Shown: positions 1 through 13,045, counted from the first letter of the stretch. The stretch is 64,000 nt of DNA from Octopus sinensis (GCF_006345805.1 NC_043012.1:10664001-10728000); one strand, 5' to 3'. A program made the numbers and translations. The notes: a model not told the origin generated them from the letters alone.

Positions 1-1107
1 GTTGTCCCACAGGGCACGTCGTTCTTTCTCAGGGCAACTTGGGGCACTGATGTTCATAGTGGCCCTTTCAGACATGCCTTCAGTTGCTACGATGACCACC
101 CTTGCTAGCTATTGCAGAGACACAAAGGTCTCCCACGCAATACAGAACCCTGAAAATATTGCGCATCTGCAACATGAGCTGGACACAATATACAGGTGGG
201 CTGAGGACACACAACATGAGTTTAATGCAGGTAAGTTCCAGGCCCTGCGCTACTGGCACACAAAGGTAAATGACGTGAAGACTGGATTACACTGGGCCAG
301 GAAGAATTGCAATCCTGAGTCAAAATCAGTGCGTGACCTGGGCATTGACATGAGCAATGATGCATCTTTCCAAATGCATATTGCTAATCTGGTGATAAAA
401 TGCAGACGGCTAGCTGGATGGATTCTCCGAACTTTCAGAACAAGAGAGAAGGAGACACTGATGGTCCTATGGAAAACATTGTCCTCAGCCGTTCGACTAC
501 TGCTCCAACTTTGGTCACCACACAATATAAAACAAACAGCAGAACTCGAAGCAACTCAGAGAAGCTACACAAAGAAAATCGTCTCAATGCAAAATGTCAG
601 CTACTGGGAAAGACTGAAGGTATTAAACCTCTTCTCCCTGGAGCGGAGGCGGGAGAGATATATGCAGTAATATACATCTGGAAATCCTGGAGGGTCTTAT
701 CCCAAACTTTGGCATTCAAGTTACTCCACCGCAGAACGGGCGCCCGCTGCGTGGTGCCAAGGATTCCAACATCACCATCAAAATACAGGTCCAGATACTG
801 CAACAGCTTGGGTTTCAGAGGACCACAGCTTTTCAACATCCTCCCTAATGCCTGAGAGACTTACATGGTGGTGTGGATGTGGGTTTCTTTAAAACTAAAC
901 TGGATCTCTTCTTGTTGGAAGTCCCAGATGAAACCTACCTCACGACAGGAGACGCGGATGCGGGCAGCAGCATCGAACTCCCTTGTTGATCAAGTGCCAC
1001 GTATCAGAGGTGGATTCACAAACTAGTGTGGCTCATTCAGCGGTGGTTGCCCCAGCATGCCGCGGCCTTCGGGCTAAAACATTTTTAAGGATTAAGGATT
1101 TAAGGAT
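1..1107 (+). mobile_element. CR1/L2-group LINE, 3' part (decayed RT C-terminus, 3' UTR, TTAAGGA-type tail)
   Basis: ORF 2..670 has [12 protein letters not shown], a degenerate YADD (YCRDTK), RDLGI and SYWERLKVLNLFSLERRRER. It continues with frameshifts through GPQLFNILP and ends in a hairpin plus TTAAGGA repeats at 1085-1107. Confidence 0.9.
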
Positions 1108-1375
1108 ATATATAATATATACATATACATATATATATTATTATAGATATATACATGTGTACATATATACATATACATATACATATACATATATATATAT
1201 ACATGCATATATACATATACATATACATATACATATATATATATACATGCATATATACATATACATATACATATACATATATATATATATTATATATATA
1301 TATATATACACACATGCATATATACATATACATACAGGTGCATATATTCATATACATATATACATATATACATAT
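1108..1375. repeat. Compound (TA)n/(TACATA)n microsatellite
   Basis: Read directly from the sequence. Confidence 0.95.
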
Positions 1376-2435
1376 CTGAGCAGCCGAGGGCATATCTGAG
1401 AGGGCAACTATGAACAGCAGTGGCCCCAAGACAGTGCCACGTGGCACACCATTTACTATTTGCGTTTCCTTGGAGGTGACTCCATTGGCCACTACTGCCT
1501 GACGTCTATATTTTAGAAAGTTGTGCAGCCATTCTCCAAGTTTTCCGCATAAGCCGAGATCGCGCAGTGAGTGACATATCATGCCATGGTCAACTTTATC
1601 AAAGGCTTTTGCAAAGTCGAGATATAACACATCCACGCTTGAGTCATTCAGCAGCTGTTTTAACACCCAGTCGTAGTGTTGCAGGAGCTGTCAGACAGCT
1701 TCTACCTGGACAAAATCCATGCTGGGTGTCAGTCAGCAGGTCATTTTCTTCTAGGAACGTGATTAGTTTCTTGCGGACTAATTATTTCATGACTTTAATG
1801 ATGTCTGAGGTCAGGGAGACAAGCCTATAATTTTTAGCATCTGCTCTGCTTCCTCCCTTATGGATAGGGCATATTATCCCTTCCTTCAGTTTGTCTGGGA
1901 GCTTACCACTTGCAAGGAAGCTCTGGAAGAGAAAGCTGCAGTGGTTTTGTAAGAGCTCACTTGCATGATTTGAGTAGGACTGCTGGAAACCCATCCGGGC
2001 CAGCCGCTGAGTTTGTGTCAACCTCATCTATGGTTAGTATTAAATTTTCTTCAAAGTTTATGTACTTATTTTAAAAACCTCTTTGGTTTTAGATAATGTG
2101 GCAAAGAATTCCGATGGTTTGTTCACTTGCCCCTGTTCCAAAGTGGGAGTGAACAAACTTTGGAACTGTTCGTTCAGTATTTCACATACCCTCATGGGGT
2201 TCCCTGTGAGGGAGCCATCTTTTTTGGAAGAGGAGTCCTATCTTGTGGCGTACTGAGGCTGTTTCTTTCGTAAACTTAAAGAAAGCTTTAGGGATTGACT
2301 TGATATTTTCTATAACCCAAGCTTCTTTTTTTGCTCTCCCCTTTTCATGGGACTCATGCAGACGTTTCCCAATTTCCAATCGCACTCTCTCCAGGTGATA
2401 CTTCTCGCCACATTTGAGATGCTTGATCAGGCTGT
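1376..2435 (-). mobile_element. CR1/L2-group LINE fragment, N-terminal half of RT
   Basis: ICPIHKGGSRADAKNYRLVSLTS, VLYLDFAKAFDKVDH and [22 protein letters not shown]. Frameshifted and ends just before the YADD motif. Confidence 0.9.
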
Positions 2436-2518
2436 TCGCAATCTCTCTCTCCCCCCTCTCTCTCTCTCTTCTCTCTCTCTCTATATATTATATATATATA
2501 TATTATATATATATATAT

Positions 2519-2578
<60 letters not shown>

Positions 2579-2619
2579 TATATATATAATATATATATAT
2601 ATATTATTGTGTGTGTGTG

Positions 2620-2805
2620 TCTTTGTGTCTGTTTGTCCCCCCTCCATCACTTGACAACCGATGATGGTGTGTTTGCGTCCCCGTTATCTAGCAGTTCAGC
2701 AAAAAAGTCCGATAGAATAAGTACCAAGCTTACAAAGAATACGTCCTGGGGGGTCGATTTGTTCGATAAACGTTGTGCTCCACTATGGCTGCAGTCAGAT
2801 GACAA
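2620..2805 (+). mobile_element. SINE family A, 3' half
   Basis: Matches the ...CTTGACAACCGATG...GATAGAATAAGTAC... block of the full copies. Confidence 0.8.
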
Positions 2806-2807
2806 AC

Positions 2808-3152
2808 TTATTTTATCGATTACGAAGCGATGAAAAGCGAAGTCGATCTCGGCGGAATTTGAACTTAGAACGTGAAGACGAATATAATGCTAAGCATTTT
2901 ACCCGGCAAGCTAACGATTCTTATTTCTTTATTGCCCACAAGGGGCTAAACACAGAGGGGACAAACAAGGACAGACAAAGGGATTAAGTCGATTATATCG
3001 ACCCCAGTGCGTAACTGGTACTTATTTAATCGACCCCGAAAGGATGAAAGGCAAAGTCGACCTCAGTGGAATTTGAACTCAGAACGTAGCGGTAGACGAA
3101 ATACGGTTACATTTCGCCCGGCGTGCTAACGTTTCTGCCAGCTCGCCGCCTT
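2808..3152 (-). mobile_element. SINE family B (tRNA head plus Meta-like domain), one full and one partial copy
   Basis: Reverse complement reads AAGGCGGCGAGCTGGCAGAAACGTTAGC...GAGTTCAAATTCC...GTCGACTTTGCCTTTCATCCTTTCGGGGTCGAT. Confidence 0.85.
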
Positions 3153-3207
3153 ACACAGTGAATATATTAATTTGACACACCGTGAAAGTTTTTGGTGGAA
3201 TATATTA

Positions 3208-3249
<42 letters not shown>

Positions 3250-3251
3250 TG

Positions 3252-3282
<31 letters not shown>

Positions 3283-3663
3283 TGTGTTTATGCACACGCA
3301 TATACAACAGATATGTACGATGATGGGGATGATGAAAACCTTGGTCTAATTCGACATGTGACTGTCCAGTTCTTTCGATGAAGGATTTATTCATTGAATT
3401 AATGTATAAAGTGGTTTAGCGTGCCGCATATCAGTGTACCGCTAATGCAATTTCTAAGCAGAATCTGCTTGACTACTTGCGTATATAATCTGTACGATCC
3501 ATTGGAAGGGCATCTCCACACTTTGCTATCAATTAATTTCACTTACAACTTCTATATCCGTTCGAGATTATAATAAAGATGCGTGTTTATCATATGATGC
3601 AATGGGACCGAAACTTGAATAACTGAGCTTGAGCACATTACTGTCATGTATATATAAACATAC

Positions 3664-3702
<39 letters not shown>

Positions 3703-3899
3703 GTGGTGTGTTGTGTGTGTGTGTGTGTGTGTGTGTTTGAATGTGTGTGTGCGTGTGTGTGTGTGTGTGTGTGTGCCTCATGCGTGAGACCGAGTTTTTA
3801 AATGATAAAAACAATAATAATAAATGCCCTGATGTTGCACCATGCAGTGTCTCTCGCGGCTGCTGATCTGAACTGATTAGAAATGTTATCATATACATT

Positions 3900-4145
3900 C
3901 TTTTATTCTTTTATTCGTTCCAGTCGTTTGTCTGCGGTCATGCTGGAGCACCGCCTTTAGTCAAGCAAATCGACCCCCAGGACTTATTCTTTGTAAGCCT
4001 AGTACTTATTCTATCGGTTCTCTCTTGCTGAACGGCTAAGTGACGGGGACGTAAACACACAAGCATCGGTTGTCAAGCGATTTTGGGGGGGTCAAACACA
4101 GACACACCAACATATATATATATATATATATATATATGTGTATAG

Positions 4146-4179
<34 letters not shown>

Positions 4180-4338
4180 ATGCGACAGGCTTCTTTCAGT
4201 TTCCGTCTACCCAAATCCACTCACAAGGCTTTGGTCGGCCCGAGGCTATAGTAGAAGTCACTTGCCCAAGGTGCCACGCAGTGGGACTGAGCCCGGAACC
4301 ATGTGGTTGGTAAGCAAGCTACTTACTACACAGCCACT
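3900..4338 (-). mobile_element. SINE family A (tRNA head, CORE-like block, internal microsatellite, LINE-like tail; octopus OR-type)
   Basis: A box TGGCTGTGTAG, B box GGCTCAGTCCC, CACCTTGGGCAAGTG CORE-like motif and TAAAAGA tail. Confidence 0.88.
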
Positions 4339-4374
4339 CAGTCTTGGTGTAAAAATTGAGAGTATAGTAAATAT

Positions 4375-4788
4375 TCTGCTCAGTACCATACATTTGCCTG
4401 TCAGTTGAGCTTATCCTGTAGTAGCTGACGATATGTGCATCTCTGATCACGATCAAGAATAGTGCAGGAACATCATAGCCATGTACTGAAAAGCATTTTG
4501 AGGGATTTGAGTAATCTTCTCTGGAAACAAAGGTGTTTCATTCATCAGCCTTAAACTAACTTTATTTAAGGGGCTTTTGAGCGGGATAGGCTATTCGACC
4601 TAAAAGAAATTCTAACTGGGCCCCACCTGCAAGGTAATGCGCTGTTTATTTTGATATAAGAATCACCATGTTACGCACATATGATTGTGATGCATGTGCC
4701 TGGTGTGCCCTTATCAAAGGGGTAGCCGTGATGGGTATACTGGGCTTCGTATATAACGCCACTTTGAAGGCTTGCTCTGTTCTCACTC

Positions 4789-4824
<36 letters not shown>
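4375..4824 (+). mobile_element. Probable retroposon 3' fragment ending in (AAT)n
   Basis: GC-richer block ending in an (AAT)n run at 4789-4823. Family not identified. Confidence 0.4.
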
Positions 4825-4825
<1 letters not shown>

Positions 4826-4842
4826 TATATCATATATATATG

Positions 4843-5290
4843 TAGGCGCAGGAGTTGCTGTGTGGTAAGTAGCTTGCTGTAGGCGCAGGAGTGGCTGTGT
4901 GGTAAGTAGCTTGCTAACCAACCACATGGTTCCGGGTTCAGTCCCACTGCGTGGCATCTTGGGCAAGTGTCTTCTACTATAGCTCCGGGCCGACCAATGC
5001 CTTGTGAGTGGATTTGGTAGACGGAAACTGAAAGAAGCCTGTCGTATATATGTATATATATATGTATGTATGTGTATGTGTTTGTGTCTGTGTTTGTCCC
5101 CCTAGCATTGCTTGACAACCGATTCTGGTGTGTTTACGTCCCCGTCACCTAGCGGTTCGGCAAAAGAGACCGATAGAATAAGTACTGGGCTTACAAAGAA
5201 TAAGTCCCGTGGTCGAGTTGCTCGACTAAAGGCGGTGCTCCAGCATGGCCGCAGTGAAATGACTGAAACATGTAAAAGAGTAAAAGAGTA
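4843..5290 (+). mobile_element. SINE family A, full length, first ~38 bp of head duplicated
   Basis: GGCGCAGGAGT(T/G)GCTGTGTGGTAAGTAGCTTGCT occurs twice, followed by B box GGTTCAGTCCC and a (GTAAAAGA)n tail. Confidence 0.9.
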
Positions 5291-6885
5291 TATATACATA
5301 TGCACACAAACACGCACATACTGATCTACTATCCTCTTCTAATGGACTTTAAAAGTCGTGCTGCCTGTTCTTGGGAACACTGTGTGTGTAGTTATTTGTT
5401 ATGAATTTGCATGTGCAAGGATCGGCATACTAGCATTTTGTTTAGCATTCCACATGCCTTACTTCACATCAATACATAGATCTGAAAAATGTATCCTTGT
5501 TACTATAAACATAATTGTATGATTCAGTTGTCGAAGCTGTATTAACTATAGATTATATTTGAACGAATAACAAGAGAATCATAAACGCCTGTGTAATATG
5601 TGCATTTATATCTGATTCAATGCTAGCGAAACAATTTAAATAATTCCTATTATTTTTTCCTTTATATATTTGTGAATGTGGAACATATAAAACCATTTCT
5701 TGTGCTATACATGTATGCAATCATAAATCCTGTTTTTATTCAGAAATGATTTTCGATTTGCGAGGAGAATGTTTACATCGTCATTGTTCCAAAAACTATC
5801 ATTGGCAAGATTTGTTTGAAAGAAACACTTATTGTTGTTCACTGATTGAGAGTGATGTCTTGAAATTATCCTTAGTGACAATTCTAAATGATGTTGCAAC
5901 TGAACTCCTATTAAACTCATTTTCGAAATATAAAATTTTCCAGACTGGTAGTTCAAAGAAATTCCTGTTCTCACAAAAGAAACTTATAAATGTGGTAATA
6001 CTATGTGAACTGCTCAGATCTTGTATTGCTATAGCAAAATATGAAGCTTCCTAAGAATGAAGCACATCTCATCTACAAATCAATAACAATTTTACTCCTT
6101 TAATTACAAAGTTCGATACTCTTAAAGATCTTTCATTTCATGAGGAAATTAATAAAAACGGTTTTCTTTTCTACAGTTGTTAGAAAAATTTGGAAAATTT
6201 TGTAGCATTCTTCACTTCTGAAAGATAGAGAAGTGTAATATGAATGTGAATACAGTTGTTTCAATTTACCTCCTGTCATACTTCTCTCTATATATTTGTG
6301 GACTTCATCACAAATTAGATTGTCCACAAACTTCGAATATTGTCAGTGAAACACACACGCACGCTATCTATCTATCTACCTACCTGTCTGTCTGTCTGTC
6401 CACACACACACACAAACACATACACACACACATACGAATGAATAACAGCAGATGGATATGTCAATTAACTACAGCTGTTTCGAACGTATTTTTAATTGCT
6501 TAATGAAGACATTACATCATTAGAAAAAAACCGGTGCCTTACCAGTTAAGTGCTTGATTCACTTAAATCCTGATCTATCACACACACACATATATATAGC
6601 AATATCGTTGTGGGTGAACTACTTCAGCGTCTTAAAGAACATGATAAATTTCACAGAAATTAGAAGTAACTTCTAAGTTAAAAATTCCCTCCGTGGGTGC
6701 TTAAAATCTAAAACAACCACAGAAGTTAACTCGCCTTATGAACATTTTTGAAGATAAAAGTAATGCATTAAGGAGTGAAGTGTCTCTTTAAAGCCAACTC
6801 ATAAAAGCAATATCCATGTTCCAACTTTGTTCGAACATATTAACGAGGCATTAACATACACAGACACACACGCACTCATATGTAT

Positions 6886-6925
<40 letters not shown>

Positions 6926-7114
6926 ATAGCTAAATGGATTAAGAAACAAAAGTTATATGAATAAATAGATACACACACGGACAGAAAGAATATATAAAGA
7001 GATACACAGATAATAAATAGAATAGATAGACAGATAGGTAGATAGGTACATAGATAGATAGGTACATAGGTAGATAAAGCACTGCCTTTAATCAAACAAA
7101 TCCTAGTCGAATAA

Positions 7115-7225
7115 GCTTAGTACCTATTCTATCGGTCTCTTGCCGAAACATTATGTTACGGAGACGTAAACACACCAACATCGGTTGTCAAGCGATGATG
7201 GGGAGGGACAAACACAGACGCACAA

Positions 7226-7281
<56 letters not shown>

Positions 7282-7465
7282 GTATGTATAGATGACACGT
7301 TTCTTTCAGTTTCCTATTTCTTTACTGCCCACAAGGGGCTAAACATAGAGGGGACAAACAAGGACAGACAAAGGGATTAAGTCGATTACATCGACCCCAG
7401 TGCGTAACTGGTACTTAATTTATTATGTTGGGGGGACAAGCACAGACATACAAACATATAAACAT

Positions 7466-7503
<38 letters not shown>

Positions 7504-7642
7504 GCGGCGGGCTGCTTTCAGTTTCCGTCAACCAAATCCACTCACAAGTTTTTGGTCGGCCCAAAATGCTACGCCGTGGGACTGAACCCGGAACCATGTA
7601 GTTTGGAAGCAAGCTTTTTACCACACAGCCACTCTTGCGCCT
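7115..7642 (-). mobile_element. Cluster of family A and family B SINE fragments
   Basis: Family A pieces flank a family B tail at about 7313-7420. Confidence 0.8.
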
Positions 7643-7795
7643 ATGCGTATATAGACAAACAGACAGACAGATTGACACATAGATTGATAGATAGAAAGGT
7701 GGGCAGTTATATAGACAAGGTATATTGATAGTTTGGTAGAAAGAAATATACGTAGACAGGTAAGTTGATAGACAATTAGTAAACAGACAGTTACG

Positions 7796-7870
<75 letters not shown>
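7796..7870. repeat. (GATA)n microsatellite
   Basis: Perfect tetranucleotide run. Confidence 0.95.
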
Positions 7871-7871
<1 letters not shown>

Positions 7872-8262
7872 ATAAAAGACAGTAAGAAAGAAAGCGACTG
7901 AAGCTGGTCGGCGAATTGCAGATTGCAGGTACAAAGGAAGACGTGCGATAGGGAAATAAGAAAAGCGATTGAAAGACGAGTGTAGGAGGGATTGATGGAA
8001 GAAGTGAGTTTGCAGATTGAGGAGTAGGAGGAGTTAGAGTCTGGTGAAATCTGTTTCGCTGGATTGTCAGTAAGGTGGGATTTGTTGGCAGAAGTGAATT
8101 TGGGGGAAGTAGGAGGAAGGGAAATTAGAGATACGGTTGTGGTTCTGGTTTAGAGAGTAGGATGTACTGTAAGAGAAGGAGATATTGAGGAGGTTTGTGA
8201 GACAGAGATAGATAAATACTTAGATAGATAGATAGGTAGATAGATAGATAGATAGATACGTT

Positions 8263-8320
<58 letters not shown>

Positions 8321-8475
8321 AATAGGGTGAGGGAAAAGAATTCATTTGTTGGCTGTGACACGGAGAGAGTGATGGAGAGACAGAAAGAGAGAGAGAGAAA
8401 ATGAGAGATTGGCGGAGAAGTATGTATGTGGAGAAAAAGATGAAGAAAGCGAAGTAGAGCGTGTGTAGACCGAAT

Positions 8476-8533
<58 letters not shown>

Positions 8534-8982
8534 GGAGAGAGAGAGAGAGTATTAATAAAATCAATGGAAATTATTATTATAATTCAGTCTTCGATCGAGC
8601 AAACATTCCAGCCACGACCATGCCGCCGATTTCCTGTGTATAGGAAACTCCGAACGACATTATCAGATACGTGCCCTTAGTTTTAAGCTGGTTGGATATG
8701 ACTTGAGGGAGATTTCGCAGCTATATTTTGCAGATTGCATGACTACGTTGAAGCCACCCTATTGGCTCGCTAATTTTATTTCCTGGTTATCCCAGCCCGA
8801 GCGGATTTAAGTTAAAATCATTTCAGCTGTGACAACACCGTCAACTTCTGTTAATACATAATGTCATTCAGTCATTTTTTGATTGATTTCTACAAACTAT
8901 CAATACTCATCGTGTTTATGGATATTTTTGTTCTTTATTTAATTTGAAAGAAAACAATGATTTTGTGGCGTTTATTACGTTA

Positions 8983-9217
8983 CCTATTTCTCTATTACCC
9001 TCAAGGGGCTAAACATAAAGGGGACAAACAAGGACAGATAAACGGATTAAGTCGATTACATCGACCCCAGTGCGTAACTGGTACTTATTTTATCGACCCC
9101 GAAAGGATGAAAGGCAAGGTCGACCTCGGTGGAATTTGAACTCAGGACGTAACGGCAGACGAAAAACCGCTAAGCATTTTGTCCGGCGCGCTAACATTTC
9201 TGCCAGCTCGCCGCCTT
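8983..9217 (-). mobile_element. SINE family B, full length
   Basis: Near-identical to 2918-3152. Confidence 0.88.
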
Positions 9218-9784
9218 ATTGTTTATTGCGGCGTTTTTTACGTTACTTTCCTGGTATTCTTGTTTATTAGTCGACCTTATCTTTCATATAACTTCGGGCT
9301 CGATAGCATAAAGTACCAGTCTCACAGCGAATCGATATAAAACTAAAATTTCGTAACTACTCAATAACACTTATGTTTGTTGATAATCTAATCGGCTCAA
9401 TCACCTAACCAATCTCTCCGCGTTTTTGTGAACTTGAGAGATTAACGGAAGTTTAGGCTCTTGTTACTACATTTACTGACCCCGGTTTAGAGCCGGAATT
9501 TTATTTCACTGACCTCTCGAAATCCCACAAAATCTCCTTCAGGTCATTATATATATAAACAAAGATGCTTGCTGGATTAAAACGTGTCGAGCAGATGATT
9601 TCGATATCACAATGGGCACAATGGATATTGTCGGGTCTCCCGTATCCAGTAGACTGTTTACGATAGAAATTAATGAAAAAAAAAATGTCCTTTACAAGTT
9701 GTATTAAATCTAAAAAGAACAAGCAAGGGAAGAAACACCATTAAAATCAACTGAGTGTAATTTATGAGCAGTATAGCAACTGCG

Positions 9785-10048
9785 TGGAGTCGCAATTGCC
9801 CAGTGGTTAGGGCAGCGGACTCACGGTCGTAGGATCGCGGTTTCGATTCCCAGACCGGGCGTTGTGAGTGTTTATTGAGCGAAAACACCGAAAGTTCCAT
9901 GAGGCTCCGGCAGTACTTATTTTATCGACCTGGAAAAGAGGAAAGGCAAAGCCGACCTCGGCAGCATTTGAACTCAGAACGTAAAAATAGACGAGATGCC
10001 GCTAAGCATTTTTTTCAGGTGCGCTAACGATTTTGCCAGCTCGCCGCT
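9785..10048. mobile_element. tRNA-like SINE head (+) abutting a family B 5' part (-)
   Basis: CAGTGGTTAGGGCAGCGGAC...GGTTTCGATTCC on the + strand, then the reverse complement of the family B head. Confidence 0.75.
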
Positions 10049-10269
10049 TTATGCATATGGTGAAATATTGAATATCAACGATATGGCTATGAAGAATAAT
10101 TCAAGGACGCGTTCTGCATACTAAACACATCTATGGCAGAATCTAACAATAGTAGGTTAAAAGCATTCGGTAACCTCAGATATATCGAACAATCAATACG
10201 AAAAAAAAAATACTGGTAGGGGAAATAATTCCTCGAAAATAGGTTGACTGAAATATTAAGATATTTAAA

Positions 10270-10657
10270 CAATCTCTCTCTATATAAACGGCAGTTTGTC
10301 TGTGTGTGTGTCTGTGTGTCTGTTAGGTTGTACCCTCACCCTGACCACGGCTTTCAACCGATTCTGATGAAACGTGACACACACATAGCCCAATGTCATA
10401 ATTCAAAACTAACGCAGCGAAAATTTTGAAAAGTTCCCCCAGTTCTGAAAAAAATCGATAAATTCGACATGGGGTCGAGAATCAGAAACACAAACCACAG
10501 ACTGTCTAGGGGACGCAACTCGACCTTTTTTACTTTCAAAAAAAATTTACCATAATTTTTTTTCCATTTTTTTGCTATTTTTTGGCTATAACTCTCTAAA
10601 AATGCTTTATAGTTATTTCCCTTACAAACCCGAGCAACGCCGGGCGATACTGCTAGT
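10270..10657 (-). mobile_element. Non-autonomous Helitron-like element (Lep1-like architecture), short form
   Basis: 5' ACTAGCAGTATCGCCCGGCGTTGCTCGGG hairpin and 3' TTTCATCAGAATCGGTTG...CAGACAAACTGCCGTTTATA. Other copies at 29790 and 43518. Confidence 0.7.
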
Positions 10658-11607
10658 TTGAAATAAAGCGACTTTGATGTGACAATCTGTGAACTAGAAG
10701 GCTTGTTCCTGGTCAATGAACTACAATGCTCGGTTAATGACATTATTGTAGACCGGTACCTTGAGCCGTTTCTAAAATACCAGTAGCTTGAATAACCGTA
10801 GAGCTGAGACCCTGGGGGAAGTTGTTATCCCAATGTGAAATAAATGCAGTTTCAGAGAAGAGAGCAGAAGTGAACCTACCAACCGTACCCTTTCAGGGGA
10901 TCTCACTATAACACTAAACTCATATTAATAAGATCTCATTCACCAACTTGATTGCACCCCATCCTACATCAATGCGTAATCCACCAGGACTCAAAAGCCG
11001 CCCTGCTCTCCCGCCTAAGAACACAGCCTAAGCCGATATTTTAGTAATTTATTCTCTGTTCGATGACGTAAAGATCGGAGCAATTTATTTATTAAATGAA
11101 ATTATGGTTAGGATACGGGAACGTGCTTTGTCTTACACTGGAATAAATATACTTCAGACTCTAAACACTTTTAACACTATTGTGTATTCAACATTTTAAT
11201 GTGTGAGTGTGTGTATTGTATTTCCTTCTTTGCTCAGCAGTCATTCTGGAGTCCCGATTCTGAAGTCCCGAATTTGGAGGATTTTAAGATTATATATCTC
11301 CTTAGAGTGGTACTTATTTCATTGGCACCGATTGATTCAGAGACATTGGCGTAAAAGAAATTGACTACAAGCATCAAACCAAGAATACATACATACATAC
11401 ATACATACATACATACATACATACATACATACATAGCATTATAATACAGTATATATGTATCTAAGTATGATCGAAGGGAATGTTTCTAGGAAAACAACCA
11501 GGCCGACAAAATGGATTATTTTTCCGCCACGGTGACACTGATATTTCGCATTTTAAGTCCCATTTGTCTAAAAAACTTCATTATCTTCCTATAAAGCATT
11601 GTGTGTG

Positions 11608-11683
<76 letters not shown>

Positions 11684-12049
11684 GGCTTTCACCGTTTAAG
11701 TGTTAGATTGTATGTGTGGCCGTAATCTGGCAGTTCGGCAAACGACCGATATGGTATGTAACATACATATAGTAAATGTCTGGGTCGATTCCATCGATTA
11801 AACCCTTCAAAGCAGTGCACCAGCGTGACCTGTGTCCAGTGATAGAAAGAAGAAAAACAATAAAAGAATGAAGAAAATATGGGCGTGCGAGCACGTATAT
11901 ATGTGCGTATAATTGTGTATGTAGTTAAATCTACGTTTCTCACTGAAAACATCAGACAGCTATATCAACTTGCGTATACATACATATGTCTGTGTGTATG
12001 TATGTGTGCGTGTATATATATACATATATATATGTACATGTATATATGG

Positions 12050-12590
12050 ATAGAGGACGTCACCAACAGTGCAAATTACAGGAAATACGTAAACAACGAG
12101 AAAAAATGGAAAACAGGACAAGTAAATACAGAGAAAGGACTCGTCATCAGTTGTCGGCTGTCTATCTACTCCTCTTTTCGAGCATTTATCGACAATATGA
12201 GTTATCGAAGAGTTGCTCCCATAAATTCTAAAATAAAATTTAGGATTTATGGACGGTCAAAGTTGGAAACAAGAAAAAATGACAATGGAGACACACAAGG
12301 AAACCGAACGAAAACAAACATAGCGGGGTGGGTCGTTTGACCAGAACGAGAGGAAAATAGTGAACGCTGGGAGAAACATTTTTTTGAAAAGGGAAAACAT
12401 AGAGAGAGAAAACACGTCCACTCTTTTAAACGTCCGTGCAAGAAAAGAAAGATGGTCACGTGAGGAAAAGAATGGTGGACGATGGTCACGTGTGAGCAAC
12501 GAGAGAGAGAGAAAAAAAAACAAGAGAAGAGTGGTAGAGAGAGACAGATACAAAACGTGAAGGAGGGATGGGGAGAAATATATAAAATAT
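12050..12590 (-). mobile_element. Pyrimidine-rich non-coding element carrying a rearranged hammerhead
   Basis: Flanked by TA-rich microsatellites. Sequence 3' of the ribozyme resembles 48090-48133. Confidence 0.65.
12139..12215 (-). ncRNA. Rearranged (non-circularly permuted) hammerhead ribozyme motif
   Basis: Minus strand: CUCAU-A-UUGUCG...GCUC-GAAA-AGAG...CGACAA-CUGAUGA-C-GAGU. Confidence 0.72.
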
Positions 12591-12664
12591 ATACCATATA
12601 TTATATATATATATAGCACATATATATATAGAACAATAATATATATATACATATATATACACAT

Positions 12665-12812
12665 AGGCTCAGGCGTGGCTGTGTGGTAAGAAGCTTTCTT
12701 CCCAACCACATGGTTCCGGGTTCAGTCCCACTGTGTGGCACCTTAGGCAAGAGTCTTCTAATATAGCCTCAGGCCGATTAAAGCCCGTCGTGTATATATA
12801 TAAATTTATGTG

Positions 12813-12843
<31 letters not shown>

Positions 12844-13045
12844 GCTTTGTGTCTGTCCTCCCACCATCGCTTGACAACCGATGCTGGTATGTTTATGTCC
12901 CCGAAACTTAGCAATTCGCCAAAAGAAACCGATAGAATAAGTACTAGGCTTACAAATACGTCCTAGGGTCGATTTGTTTTACTGAAGGCGGTGCTCCAGC
13001 ATGGCCGCAGTCAAATGACTGAAACGAGTAATAGAGTAAAAGAGT
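12665..13045 (+). mobile_element. SINE family A with an internal deletion
   Basis: Head and tail match the other copies. Confidence 0.85.

Noticed and set aside
4070-4408. Recurrent peptide [32 protein letters not shown]
   Set aside because: It is the antisense translation of the family A SINE head, not a gene family.
5560-6330. AT-rich ORF-like region (5746..6054), possibly a decayed transposase
   Set aside because: No diagnostic motif recognisable by eye. It needs a tBLASTx search.
7960-8205. Possible very old L2 RT fragment on the minus strand (LTNLLNISFSYST)
   Set aside because: Too degenerate to support.
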